Shown here piece after piece: positions 10,933 through 24,496 of a stretch of 42,495 bases of DNA (within the stretch, counting starts at the first letter, position 1; the number at the start of each line of letters is the position of its first letter). A model generated the notes under the pieces. The model was not told the origin of the DNA and ran no database searches. It saw nothing but the letters and a program-made list of their open reading frames with translations. This DNA is from Phoronis australis (taxonomy: Eukaryota > Animalia > Phoronida): positions 46,844 to 89,338 of the forward strand of contig NMRA01000586.1 in NCBI GenBank assembly GCA_002633005.1. Direction: 5' to 3'. A program made the translations under genes and the position numbers.

Positions 10933-12224
10933 TACGTCTTCTGCAATGTCGCATTATAAGTGGACGCTTTGTTGAATTGAAACTTACCAGGTCAAAAGTC
11001 AATCACAGTCTTTCATAGTACTCTACAAGAAATTTATTCTTAAAAAGAATCATTCTTTTCTCGCAGTTCTATAAGAGTCAAATCCCCCGGCCTGGTTCAC
11101 GGCCGAAGTAACATGTGCTGTGCACGTGACTGGCTGACCTTCTTTTTCCATATACGGCACGCAGTGACACACGCAGAGGATAAACTCGCATAGCACAATA
11201 ATCATGGAATTCTACAAAAAGTTGAAATATTTCGAGGCATTCACTTTCATGCTAAGTTAGTCATTGAATACGTAACCAACATCACACACTGGTCACATTT
11301 TTTCTCGTAAAGTTTGCACTGCATTTTCGCGCATCAATACACGTCGTTCGGCCGTGCGGATTTTTTGATATTTTTCATTCGTTCGAGTTGCAACGGAACT
11401 ATGCGAACAAATTAAGGAAGTTTGCGCTAAGTTTTATCTGGTTTGCATGTTCAACGACATTGATGGCATTTGTACGGCAGGTCAGTGCTACAATTTTGGC
11501 GGGTATCATTTTTTTCGAAGTGTATGTTCTCAGCTATTTCAAATTGGCTACTCCGCCGAATACATCGAGTGCCGCTTCAACTTCCGCGTCGGTAACTAGC
11601 ATTAGGGGTACGGCAAATCCTTTGAAGTTCGGGTGTGGGTTCTTTAATTTTAAAGATTAAGTGTCCATGTACGGTTAGTTAGCGCCAGATGCAACATTTC
11701 TCAACACCAGCCGTGCGGGGTATTCCGTATGAAGTCACTTTGACGTCACAGAACAGGAAGGTATTCCCCAAAGATGGCAGCCAGTATTTGCCGATCGTCA
11801 TTGTGACATAGTAAAAATTGACGGCAAAAGTTTCTAATGTCAAATTATTTCTTAATATTTAGCGAACTTAAACAATAAATTGTAGGTTTAATCAATGAAT
11901 TGTAAGTTTCAATAAAATTTATTAATCACAAACGTTAAAATTCTTCGGTTAGCCTTCATTTTCGCCGAGGTTGTCTTGGAACAGGCCGTCTTTTTTCCAT
12001 CTTGGCCGTGCCGTCCAAAGCCGTCATTTTTTAAAAGGTCCGTCCCAAGGACGGCCAGAACGGCCGCTAGAGGAGTCCCTGACTTTGGCGGCTGCCGCAA
12101 GCAAGCAAGGTAAAGTAAAGTAAATGCCAGTTTGTTACTTAAATGAGTTTTATGCTTACTAATCTTGCAAGTCAAAAGTTATTAACGTTTTTGAATCTGA
12201 ATCAGTGTTTTGCTCATCAAAATG

Positions 12225-12482
12225 CTCACGTTGGCCGGCGTACTCCCACCATAACCTGAGGATAGGGGAGAATTTCTGCTCACTTTTATTTTACGTCAAC
12301 ATCAATGAAGTGACCATGTGGCCGGCCTACCGCCGCCGTAACCCGTTGATAGAAGGAACTCAAATTTTTAAGGTCAACATCATTTGAATGTCCATGTGGC
12401 TGGCGTGCACACACAGTAACTTGGGTACAGGGGAACTCTGCCTAAACGTTTTAGGTCATAATAAAACCCATGTTGGCTGACA
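12225..12482. repeat. Degenerate tandem repeat, ~80-90-bp unit, about 3 copies
   Basis: Recurrent CATGTGGCCGGC...TAAC...GGGGAA...TTTTAAGGTCAACATCA blocks start near 12227, 12315, 12393 and 12469. Confidence 0.6.
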
Positions 12483-13449
12483 TTTCTCAAACTTATTAGG
12501 TTGCTATATGACCTTGGAATGTTGATCGTTGGTTGTTTGTTTTTTCTTAAGGCAAGCGCGTCTTTTTATAGCACACTCATGAAAATCCCTTGTGCAAAAC
12601 ATGAAACATAAAGAGCTCGATCCTTTATCATTGTGGTGGTAGGGAAAAGAGAAAGTATTTGGCTCATAACTTTTGAAAATGGCTAAATATTTTTAGATGC
12701 TTTAGCCATTTCGGCTAATACCTTTAAAAATCTATCGCGAGCCAACATCCGGAAATTCTTTTCCCTCAAAACAAAAATAAAAGCCTCTTGTCTTGACCAA
12801 AATGCATACATAGATTGAATCCAACTGAAAATCGAATCGTTTTGGAGGATTTCTAACACATACCTACAGTGTAGGTGTCAAGATTCATTCATATAAATCA
12901 TCCAGTTATCTTCTCCAAAAATGTCCTGAAAACGCCTTTGTTGAGGCCAGGCGTGGCCATCGGAAGTGCTACCGTAATCAAATTCGCTCAAAAAGCGACT
13001 GGCGTTGATGCAAATCTTGAATTTGCCTGTTGAGGTCGATGGGCAAAACTGTTCGTTTTTGTTTCCCAATGATATACAAAGCACCGATGGCCGTATTTCA
13101 ATGAAACTTTACACAATTAGTGCTGCAGTTAGTACCTACAAACGCTAATCCTTCCAAAAGTACGACAGGGAAATCCTTGTCTACACCAAAGCGGCTATTA
13201 GCGGGGTTTGCGGTGGTCGATTTAGCCTAAAATTGACCGGCTTCCGCGAATTGTCGTCACAGATGGCCAGTTTTATTGAAATCTGTAAATCTGTCCTATA
13301 GCCATCATCAGGAAATGCTCTTCACCAAACAGACTCTTAGAAAGCCCCGCCCTTCTTGCACTGGCAGGGCAGTTCAAACGTGGCGTTCTCTGTTCTAGTG
13401 ATGCCCTAGAAAATTGTGCCAAATTTCACCACGATCCAACAAGGGGATT

Positions 13450-14700
13450 TTGAGATATCGAGCTGATACTCGAACATTGAGGCAAGATGACGACAATGCG
13501 CAGCCGAATATCTGCATGCATATGTGGGTGCATAAAATCTGCTCATCATAATACCCATGAGACACCACATCCTTGCCATTCTCCTAAGAACTCTGTAACA
13601 CAAGACGATTTCGGGAGAAATGATGTATCGACACAATTTTGAGCCAATGCGAATAACCTAAATGTTGGTGCTGTTGGCAAATGGATTTTAGAAAGTGCGT
13701 GACTACGTCAACACTACAGCGGTTTTAGAGTTACATGTATTACGGATTTGTGTGTACAGAAACCGACAAGAAAGTTGCAATATCATTTCGTATATGTTCC
13801 AAATCATCGTTTCCAGGCCGTAGTATCCAGAAAAGGCAGAGGTTAGGCATCACCGTGCCTAGAGCCGTGGTGAGAAAATCATTATCCGACCTGGAAAGTA
13901 GTGCATTAAGGCCCCTATCAGTTCAACTGTTCGTAGAAAGTACATGTATCTGTGTACCAACAAGCACGCGATGATGACCGATTCTCCGTAACCGCATTGC
14001 TTGCCATCGGGGGTTCGAATTTTCCCATCCGGTGAACTATCTGCTATCAAAAAACGTGACTAAAAACGAAGACTTGACCATTCTGCCGACAGTCGGCTAT
14101 AGCGAATAACATCTCTAGAGCTTTGGTAGATATGTTAGCCTCTCTTGTGAGGTTATCTGGTCTCGTGCAAACAACAACGAGGACTTTGGGTCGGACATAT
14201 ACCTCAGGTTTTTGTACGGTACGGTGATGTGTTCATCTCTAACGAACTGAATTTTTATTTGCACACCCCTAGAAATCGTTGTTGCAGCATATACTAGCTC
14301 ATTCACTCCCTTGGCTTGGGGATCATTCACTACTAAGAATGAGGTCAGAGTAGGAAACACCATTGTGCAATGCTCGATTTTCTGTCATTAAAGTCAGGAT
14401 TCAAACTGGGGTCTACAATTTGATTAGTCTTTTTACGAACACTCCAGTTAAGTACTCGTTGAAAACCACCAGACAGCTTTTGTTTAGTGACACTTTTGGC
14501 GAATGATCTCATTGTGTTATTGGAATTTGTGCTGATCACTACATGTTTTCAGTTTGAATCCGTCATATACTGTGGCAGTATGATGGTCAGTCCGGTTTCG
14601 CAGACTGTTTGGATTCTGACTATCGAGAACCTTGAGCAAGCTGCCCTCCTGATAACGTTTCCATGCATGCAAAGCACAGGTTGTGGAATCGTTACGTCAA
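13450..14700 (-). pseudogene. Heavily decayed transposase-like coding relic (possibly Zator-like)
   Basis: Chain of collinear minus-strand ORF pieces (KHVVISTNSNNTMRS..., PDFND..., VFLIADSSPD...) loosely recalling Zator-type ISxDxK and DGGPD motifs. Many stops and frameshifts. Confidence 0.25.
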
Positions 14701-15219
14701 TGTTTTTCTGGAAATATTTTCGTGACGATCAAATACGGGGTTTGACTGATCACTTGAACAGAAAAAAAAATACTTTTAAGCTTAAGCATCAAACCAAATT
14801 CCATTTTTGGATACGTAGTGTTGATATACGAAAGGAAACACCATAAAGATCAATACCCTGTTTTCTCGTCTTACCAATCGTGAAACCAGAAACTTGGTGT
14901 TTTTCGTACTATGTACGACTGTCGTGAGAACATTGTTGCGCAATACGGACAAGTTACTCGAGTGTCAACACATAGAAACCGAGCTGTGTTTCACAAAATG
15001 AAAAAAAAACAAGTGGAGCGAAAAACAACCAAGGTAGTTTTGCCGTAAACAGCGGCCGCCTTACTGAGACTTGTCAACAAGTGTTTAAACCGAACACCAA
15101 ATCACGTGATGCAAGACCTGTGTGTACTCTTCACAATTACCTGGTCCACCTTATGCACCCCGGCCAACCCGCGATCGAGAACGACCGGAAGGCGATCGAG
15201 AACAAGACCCTACACCAAA

Positions 15220-15938
15220 ATGGCAGACGACAGTGAAGAACCCGGTGAGCTTAAGTTCATTTTATTCTTAAGTAGAGGCTACTTTGGTACCAATGCGACA
15301 CACCGAAAAGCGTCATAGCCTAGCCTTTGCTGTGGATCTGAAATAATACTTGGTTTTTGCAATTTTTTTTAAATAGAGACCGCAGAATGCAACGACTTTC
15401 GGTAAAATGCCTTGCGTCTCGTAAATTCATCAATTTCTACTTGTTACTAGCAATTCCTGTGTTCTTCAGTGGACACGTGTGACGTATATGGTTAAATCGT
15501 CCCTGGTGACACCTTTGTTAGTTATAATTTGTGAAACAATTCGAGCTATCTACCGATACAAACAGGTCCTTGTGTGAGACGGCGATCGGGAACGAAGCTG
15601 TTAATTCTCCATAACGATCGTGAACGCAGAAAATGCCATCGTGGAAGCACATTTTTTCTGTTCATTTTCCTGAATAATTGTTCAAGTTACGGTGTTATAT
15701 CAATAATTTTAGAATAATACGACCATGAATTAGTTGAGGGGTCGATTTTTCATGATTTCTGTGTGAGATTTTGCCTCACAAACATGATTAAATGCGTTTG
15801 ATTTTTCAGTTGAAGACATCTCAACACACCACCAAGTCTTTCGAAGTACAACTGTACTGTAAGGAGGAAAGACGGCACTGACGGCACTCTGGTTGAGGCA
15901 GAAAAACCGACATTCATCGAGCTTTTGCTTGCTTTAAG
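15220..15938 (+). pseudogene. Two-exon 5' gene fragment of unknown product, probably a TE accessory gene
   Basis: AAAATG GCA GAC GAC AGT GAA GAA CCC G|GTGAG (exon 15220-15244) and TTTTTCAG|...TTAAG|GTGAG (exon 15810-15938). One frameshift is needed to stay open (..KYNCTVRRKDGTDGTLVEAEKPTFIELLLALR). Confidence 0.4.
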
Positions 15939-17412
15939 GTGAGTTTTAAGATATATTATATTTCAAAAAACATAGCTGACAATTTTTTGACCATGTACAA
16001 TGTTTCCAGTTTTGTGGCCAAGTTTTGTGGCGATAAGCCAATAGGAAATCAGGCAAAAAATACTGCCAAAACTTAATTGAAAATTAGGTAAACTGTTTTT
16101 AGAAATTTTGGTGATTTTTGACAAAAAATGGCTAAATTTCTTAACAACTCAAAGTGACTATTTTTGTTTGACTCTGAAATGCTTTTAAGGCTGTCTTAAT
16201 TAAACACTTTTCTATGTGCTAAGCTGCTTTAAAACATAAGAAAAACTGAGCCAATTTCATCCTAAGAAATAGACTTGAAATATTTCTCACTATGATAGCG
16301 CTTGGTTTCCGTGTCACAAGGAACATGCATTGAATATTTATCTCTCAGCTATGTGTTGTAGCAAGTGGTATTATTAAAGGCCAGGAATTTTTAATTGAGT
16401 GATCAACTAAATGACCACAATTAGATTATTTAACATCGCACTATTGCTTATTAAATTATGTTTTAATGCTCTTTGGTTTATGTTATCCTAATCCTAAATT
16501 GTGTAATCTGCCTAAAAGATAGTTATAAAAAATCCTTTGACTGTCCATTGATTACCAAGGGCATGGCACTTGACCTACGGTAAAAGTGTCCAGTTAAGTA
16601 CACAAAATGGCAGACAGGTACAATTAAACGTCGGCATTGGCAAAAATAACTAAATAACTCATAAGAATGTTTTGCTTTGCTGTCAGCAATTGTGTATATG
16701 ATACACCAATGTATTTTTTGATAAAATATCAGCATTTTTAAGCTTTTGAAAATTTGATAAATGGTAATTTTGACACTTATCATTTCTTCAAATTTCTGGT
16801 TTATAGAACTGACTGCTGTGCAAGAAAATGATAACATCAAGCATGGAAAGAGATAAGGAACGACTTATACGAAAAACTGTGGATAGGAATGGTGGCAAAA
16901 AGACAGCGATTCTGATAAACGCTATATTTGTTTCTGTTGAACTTTGGACAGGGACTGTGAGAGAATTTTTCTTTCAAACCAGTTGCCTTAAAGAAATTAC
17001 ACACCGTATGAAGTTCATATTAAGTACTTCTCACCAGGGCAATAAAAGATTGACCATGGATGCTTACTTTTCTTTCACTTTTCAGTTTTGCAAATTATGT
17101 TTAACACATTCTAGAGACTTATTTGCTCAATGCATTCATATTTTAATCATGGCTGGTGCTTGTCATGTATATTTCTTTACCCGCCTTTGATTAAGGATTG
17201 ACTCTAGCATGTGTTAAAAATAATAGGAACCCAACATAGCATGTTGGTTTTGCCCAGTGGTAGATCATATTGCATTGACAATTTCCCTAGTACTTACTTA
17301 GCAGATGTCAAATGCTGTTCTGATGCCAGTTTTGTACTCAAAATGTGTCTGGACAGCAACGTGACATCACCAGTTTAGTACCAAACCATGACTGACCTGG
17401 TACCAGCACAAG

Positions 17413-17844
17413 GTACCGAACCGGTACTGGCACCGGCACCGTTTGCACACATTACAGTATTTGCACCGGTCCGGTGCTGGACCGGGCACCAGACGATTAC
17501 CGTCCCAGTATCAGGCCGGTACATGTTAAAGGCTACCAGATCAGTGCCTGCTAAACAGTAGCGGCCCGATGGTGGTCTGGTAGCAGCATCGTACTGGTAC
17601 TGGTAGCTGCATCGTACTGGTACTGCTTAGCAGGCACTGATCTGGTAGCATTTCATATGTACCGGCCCTGTACCGGTCTGGTTCTAGCCCAGCACCGGAT
17701 TGGTACTAGTTAGCTGTTAGTACATGTACCGGCCTGGTGCTGGGCCAGTGCTGGGCCTATTGCCGTCTCAACACGGACAGGTGCAAATAACGTGTGCAAA
17801 AAATGCCGGGCCCGGTACTGGTTTGGTACCATAATGTTTACTGG
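17413..17844. repeat. GC-rich nested foldback (MITE-like)
   Basis: Inner inverted arms at about 17515-17560 and 17621-17667; outer arms at about 17413-17473 and 17774-17830. Many GGTACC/ACCGGT palindromes. Right end GTTTACTGGG. Confidence 0.8.
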
Positions 17845-19266
17845 GACTGTAGCCACATGAGGAGTCCTTCAGGGTGTTAACATACTCGCCTTCAAAAAAG
17901 AGTAGCACAACTGCTGCATGAGACAAAGGGCTGTGTATGCATATATGTTGTGGAGCTTTGTTCAGGAAGAAACCTTTTTTGTATAACCACATGAAAATAA
18001 AACACAGCGACACTCAGCCGCAAGCAAGACCTTTATCAGCCCCGTAGTGCATGGGACAAGATTTTTTACCGCATAAGAAAACACAATATGAAGCATAGTG
18101 CTCAGGCACTAAGTTGATTCAATGCCCTATCTGCGGTCAATGTTTCACGAAAAGAGTAAGCCTGAGGACACTCCTTGTTGTTGTGAATGTGTAATGCAGA
18201 GTATGCCTACTTCTACAGGCATGAGAACCAGAATGGTCACGAATAAAATTATTCAGTCCAGTAGTGAAAGTTGTTAAGTCATGAAACTTTGTTCAGATTT
18301 ACAGTTTATGATTGGTAGTTGTCTGATGTGATAGTATTTTGACGTTTTGTTTTGAACCTTTTTCCTATTTGTGTTATTTCAGCAGCATCTTTAACAGAAC
18401 CAGTCCTTTTTTAGTAGTTTTTGGGTACATTTAAATGGCCACACCATATGTCATTGGGTGATACTTACATACAATTTTTATGACCAATTAGTATTTTCAA
18501 ACAAAACTATATGTCTGTCATAATTGTAGAAATTGTTTTCATGTTGTTGTTGATTCCGTGAGATAATTTTATACTACGAACCGGTCAGAAATATATTGTC
18601 CATGATTCAGTGATAATTTAGTCTAATACATTCCAATAATAATTCGCAGGAAATGTACACTGGATTTGTAATGCTGATTTCCCTAAAGCAATATTTTATA
18701 TCTTTTTTCTGTATGACCCGTTTTGTGTATGTGTGATAAAAGATTAACTATTATAGAATTGCTTTAATATTGTTGTTGATTTCCTGTGTAATCACTACAT
18801 GGTGTCTTGAAGTAATGTTAAAGACAATATTTTAACTACGTTTTTGAGAAAATCACAATATAGCACAATATAGTAGGTGTATTATATCTCGCCTCACTCT
18901 TTTTAAATGTCACATTAAACTGGAGATCATGAACTGAACAAACACTCAGGACCAATACTACAAAGCAGAAGAGTCAAACAGATGTTTTATATCCAAGCCA
19001 CACAAGTGCCACAAGTCAATCTGTTCATCTCTGTATTGATAATATCAGTAAAACATCCAAATATCACCCTTTTATTAGCAAAACAGTTAACAACATTTCT
19101 GGCAAATTTCTAAATCCCAGACGTTCATGAGCGGTAATCTTTGAATCATCTCACGAATGATGTTTCCACACGTTTCTCGCTCCCCACAGACACTCTCATC
19201 ATCATTCGTTGACTTCACTGGCGTATTTTTTTTCTTTTGCTGTCAGAATCTTACAAGATTCGAAAC

Positions 19267-19565
19267 CAAGGGTGGATCCAGGATTTTGAGTTAGGGGGGG
19301 AGGCAGGGCACAGGAATAGTCAGAATATCGCCACATGCGCGCGCCCAGCCTAAAATGTCACTGCAGGGGCCTCGAATTTTTGGGTTTGTGGACCTTATTA
19401 CTAATTTGTTCAAGGCCTATGAATTGTGCATTAACCCCTCGAGCACCCTTGCGTGCACGCATATGCCAGTCGTCAATTCGCACCCCGGATTGCCAAATGG
19501 TATCTGGGGGAAATTTAAGGGGGGTGATGGTCCCCTTGGCACCCCTCCTCCTAGATCCGCCTCTG
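19267..19565. mobile_element. MITE with CAGGGGCGGATCCAG-type termini (copy 1)
   Basis: CAAGGGTGGATCCAGG...CCTAGATCCGCCTCTG inverted ends with G/C runs; shares ends and internal sequence with 22352-22495. No clean TSD seen. Confidence 0.8.
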
Positions 19566-22351
19566 CTTTCATCTGCATCAACAGTTTGTTTACTCCTGGC
19601 TCAGTGCACGCCACATGGAACAATTGCTAGGCGAGTGTTAGTTTAGATACCCTTATTGTTCCCTTCGGTTTCGTTTAAAAGTAGTTGTCTGTGTTTCAAA
19701 ATCCTGGTAGTTTGTACGGAAAAGTCTCTACAAAATAATCACTTGTTCGATCGGCACTTTGTCTACATGTACATCCTGGGCAATGACAGCAACTGATTTA
19801 GAAGGTGGATCAGAGAAGAACTTTGTATGAGTAATACATGCATTAAATAAATAGAGATTCGGCACAATTCCAGCTGGATACAGCCATATTATGAAAGAAC
19901 CAAGGCCCGGTCTCCAATCTCCGGACTCATACTCATACTCTAAATGTTATACTCAAATCGTGTTCACTGGAGTCGTACCTAAAAAGCGAATTTAATGTTG
20001 CATTTCGAGTAGACTCCAAACTTACACAAATCTATGGAACTCTTTATGATGTGAAATGCAAAACCACGCATAGTCGGGCTGATTCAGCGCTCCCTACCCC
20101 TATTTGCATACCTAGCAACTACATTCGTCTGCTGTCGCTACAATTACAAGTGAGTGTACTGTAACTGTCATTTATTTTTCAGTTTCAATCAATATTCTGA
20201 TACCATTTCTTGATACATTTGCCAATCATTAAGCTTCACTTCTTGAGTTCCTCATCTCCCGAAAATGTCTGAAGAAAGTTGTAACAACTTATCTCATCAA
20301 AGAAAGTCACGGCCGCGGGCGAAGCAGCTACAATCGCAGTGTCTGATTTAGCCATGGGGCAAAATGAGTTCATTCTCCCCTACACGTACTTGACACATTT
20401 ACTCCTGAAATTGGCATGGTCACACCAACTATTGAACTTTTCTTTCTCGATGATACAGTGCCGTGGTGGGCCGGTGAACCCTGGCCCAGGGGTCGGGTAC
20501 CATATCACGGGCCTGCAACAAACATTTTTAGGGAGAGTTCGAAATCCACATTTCTTTGACGGGATGTCGAATTTCAAAAGTGTGTACCTTAATTGCCAGC
20601 GGTGGTGTTTTTCTCTAGTAAACCGGTTGTCCACGTTAGCCCGACACCCCAGTCGAAATTTTTGGGCCACAGTTGTTTGGTTGATGGTCAAAGCCTGTTC
20701 TCTCTTGGTAATTTAGTCTTGACATAAAACCCACTGCTGTGTAGGTCCACGCTGATGTCAACACTTTGATACTGTACCTTTGTATTTTACCGGGATGTAT
20801 CAAGTTAGCTGACATTTGGCGCGTGAGTTAAAAACACTACATGTACAGGCATTCAGAGTTCATCAGTGAACGGGACGAGACGTCTACTTATAAATTGGCA
20901 AACAAACTCTGGAATATCATTCGGGGATTGAGGAATTATTGATGACTAAACTATGATGTAAAATGTACCTGACAGGGAAGCAAACTGTTTTTTTAACTTT
21001 CCTCGTGTTTAGGAAACCGTTGCAGACGCACTGCAATCAGGGCAACCCCTTCCTCACGGCTGGTTTTGAGACTTTTAATGACTCGTCAAGATGGGATTAG
21101 AATTCGCCAGTTGCCAGAAATCTTAGTAAGAAGGAGTAAATCATCTGTACATGCAGACAATTTTCAATCGAATGATGTAGCCCACTGTCGGTCCCAACGG
21201 ATTATCTTGCTTGTGAGTCGTAAGTGCATTAAGTTCTGACTTTTCAACATTGTCATTGAACTTGTTTCACACCGCATAGACTAATAAACTTCGGATTCTT
21301 AGAATTACACACAGGGCATTTTGCAGTAACTCCAAATGCCACAAGGCAAACATGCACTGCTCGTCATAACACCACCACCATCACATACAGTATTACTATC
21401 ATAATCACGACCGTGCTCAGGGCTGTTCTTGCCATAATCACCTTCCATTCTATGTCTGCGTTTACTCACCCCTTCCAGTTTTTTGTCTACCGCCACCCAC
21501 TCGTCAACCATTCGGTTGATGTCGTCGGAGTTGTCATCTTTTATAGCATCAAGGAGCAATTCCTGAAACACAGATAACTACATTTTGATTTACGCAACGA
21601 AACGTTCGTTTCGAACAAGTTGTAGGAATTAGCACCGAAAACAATTACCGTTCCATGAAAATAAACAATGTCGTTCTTCCTACCTGCATTTGTTAAAAGT
21701 CCCGTGGAATGTACGTAACAAACTGCGTTAATTCCTACACAAAACTTTCTCATGTGGTCCGTTGCAGTGCCATATGAAATCTGATTTTTTTGAAAACTAT
21801 TGTGACCTTTGCGAGCAACTCTCCGTCTTATCACTAAACTTTTGAGTCTGGCAAGGCACCAACTACATGTAACCTGCAAAAACTTAAAAAACGACAGGTA
21901 GAGAAACAGAACCATTCTACCCGAAATACTGGTGGAAAATGAAATACCACAATACAATGGCAGTCAGTGTTTCATTTACCAAAACATCAGTAAGTAAAGC
22001 AGTTCCAGCGAAATGTGTCATAGCTAACAAACGCATCAAAACATTTAATAAAATCCTCAAGCAGGCCGGTAAAGTTGTTGAGTATTAGCAGTTAATTTAA
22101 AGAACACTGTCTTTTGCAGTTTACCTGCAGATGGTCTAAGTAAAGGGTGCACAGCGTAACATACGACATAAGAATACTCACCCGGGCCTTTTTCTCAAGT
22201 TCTTCTTTGTTGCCAAAGGTCTGTTTTAAAAACATAACAAAATCCGTTAAATAAAACAGACTGTAAAGTGCACATCATAAGAAGCTGGAAGTATGTGTCA
22301 ATATTTTTTTTCCTAATCCAAGAATGGAAGCAATGCGGCGGGCACACTTAT

Positions 22352-22495
22352 CAGGGGCAGATCCAGGATTTTGAGTTAGGGGGAGGCCAGAGTATTAGCC
22401 AGAATTTTTTGGTCAGACATTGTACCCCCAAATGGAATCTGGGAGAGTTTTAGGGGGGGCATGGCCTCCTTGCCCCCCCTCTAAGTCCGCCACTG
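22352..22495. mobile_element. MITE, same family (copy 2, internally shorter)
   Basis: CAGGGGCAGATCCAGGATTTTGAGTTAGGGGG...CTAAGTCCGCCACTG. Confidence 0.8.
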
Positions 22496-22633
22496 CTAAT
22501 GGACATAGTGCCCCTCTTGTAGGTACGACTCAGTGCCGTACGTCCCAGTGAACTTAGTTAAACGAATCACAAACATTCCAACACCAGAAGCACTGGTTTC
22601 TAAGTTGCACGGTCTGCGACTAATCACAAGTGA

Positions 22634-24496
22634 AACTAGAAAGATTATTGTCACGGCGTGACAATAACGGACTCTGCGCAAGCGTATTACTGGAATCATT
22701 ATGGGAAGTTACTGACAGCAATCCGTTTATCAATATGAAAAGGAATTCTTTAAAATTGTAGGAGAAATTAGATATTAATTTTTTGATGACCTTTCCAGTA
22801 ATTGACCTCTTCCGGTGCATTATGAGCCCCGATGAGGGAGTACTTGTTAACTCGATTAAAAGTGTGGTTAATGCTAATAATCACAGATGTTTTACTTTAA
22901 GCACTTCAGAATACAAGATGAATGAAGTGGTCAAACTTTCAGAAGAAAAGTGCACCTAATGAAAATTTAGAATTCAAACTCAATCGCACTTAGTAAACAG
23001 ATACGTAATTCTGAAGTCTCTAGCTCAAAATTTTAGTTTGCACTCAATGACCTTTGACCTATTTTTCGTGATTGGTTAGGCCTATTGCAAAGTAAAGTAG
23101 GGTAGTCAATTGGCATGTTGACTTCCACCAGTGTGCTGAAATTGAACAGAATTCTTTGAAAAACGTAAGACATATAACATTTGAACGTTACAAGACCTTT
23201 GCACTACTTGACCTGATCCGGTGCATTTTAAGCACCTTTAGGAGAATTACTGCAAAGCCCATGGAAAATGTGTTTAACGCTGAGAATCACAGTTGTCTAA
23301 CGGTTGACACATCAGAATACTTACTGTTGAAAAGGACAAATTTGCAGAAGAAAAATGCACCTAATGACCCCATGTTTGCACGAAATGACCTGAAACTTTG
23401 GATTCCGATTTGATTTACCTGTGGCAATCAGACCTGTCAATTTGAAGTGTCTAACTCAAAATTTTACTTTGCACCTAATGACCTTTGACCTATTTCACTT
23501 GATTGAATGACCTGATTACTTAGAAAAGTAATTTTTTAAATTGTCATGTTGACTTATACCGGTGCACCGAATTTGAAAAAGATAGCTTTAAAACTGAAGG
23601 AGGAGTAGTATTTTGAAAATTATATGACCTTTGCACCAAACGACCTCTTCCGGTGCAATATGGAATATGATTATATAACCAATCAAAATTTATATACTGT
23701 CAAATGTCATATGCTGAATTTAAAGACCGTACCTGCACCCAATTTGGAGTTATTACGCCTCAAAGTTTGTCGGAAGAAGAATAAGAAGAACTAGAAAGAT
23801 TATTGTCACGGCGTGACAATAACGGACTCTGCGCGTGCGTATTACTGGAATTATTATGGGAAGTTACTGACAGCAACCCTTCTACCAATATGAAAAGAAA
23901 TTCTTCAAAATTGGAGGAGAACTTACATATTAATTTTTTGATGACCTTTCCACTAATTGACCTCTTCCGGTGCATTATGAGCCCCGATGAGGGAGTAATT
24001 GTTAATTCGATTAAAAGTGTGGTTAATGCTAATAATCACAGATGTTTTACTTTAAGCACTTCAGAATACAAGATGAATGAAGTGGTCAAACTTTCAGAAG
24101 AAAAGTGCACCTAATGACCCCATGGGTGCACCAAATGACCTGAAAATTTAGAATTCAAACTCAATCGCACTTAATAAACAGATACGTAATTCTGAAGTCT
24201 CTAGCTCAAAATTTTAGTTGGAATATGATTATATAACCAATCAAAATTTATATACTGTCAAAAGTCATAAGCTGAATTAAAAGACCGTACCTGCACCCAT
24301 CTTGGAGTTACTAAGTGTGAAAGTTGGTCGGAAGAAGAATAAGAAGAATAAGAATAAGAATAAGAAGAATAAAATTGAAGAAAACCCAGGAACAACAGTA
24401 CTCTGCACTTACACGCGCAGAGTAATAAGAAGAATAAGAATAAAATTGAAGAAAACCCAGGAACAACAGTACTCTGCGCTTACACGCGCAGAGTAA
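22634..24496 (+). mobile_element. Helentron-associated non-autonomous element, head-to-tail dimer
   Basis: Units start AACTAGAAAG at 22634 and 23789, each followed by the palindrome TTATTGTCACG-G-CGTGACAATAA and ACTCTGCGC. TGACCT-rich internal repeats, an AAG/AAT microsatellite, and a 3' hairpin TACTCTGCGC-ttacac-GCGCAGAGTA (24470-24495; imperfect duplicate at 24399-24424). Confidence 0.8.

Noticed and set aside
22320-22351. CBM1 cellulose-binding motif (WKQCGG)
   Set aside because: Later cysteines are absent, the paralog near 29665 does not keep it, and the splice evidence favours the opposite strand.
23803-24496. ORFs inside the Helentron-type dimer, including the K/N-rich one
   Set aside because: They are translations of non-coding repeat and microsatellite sequence.
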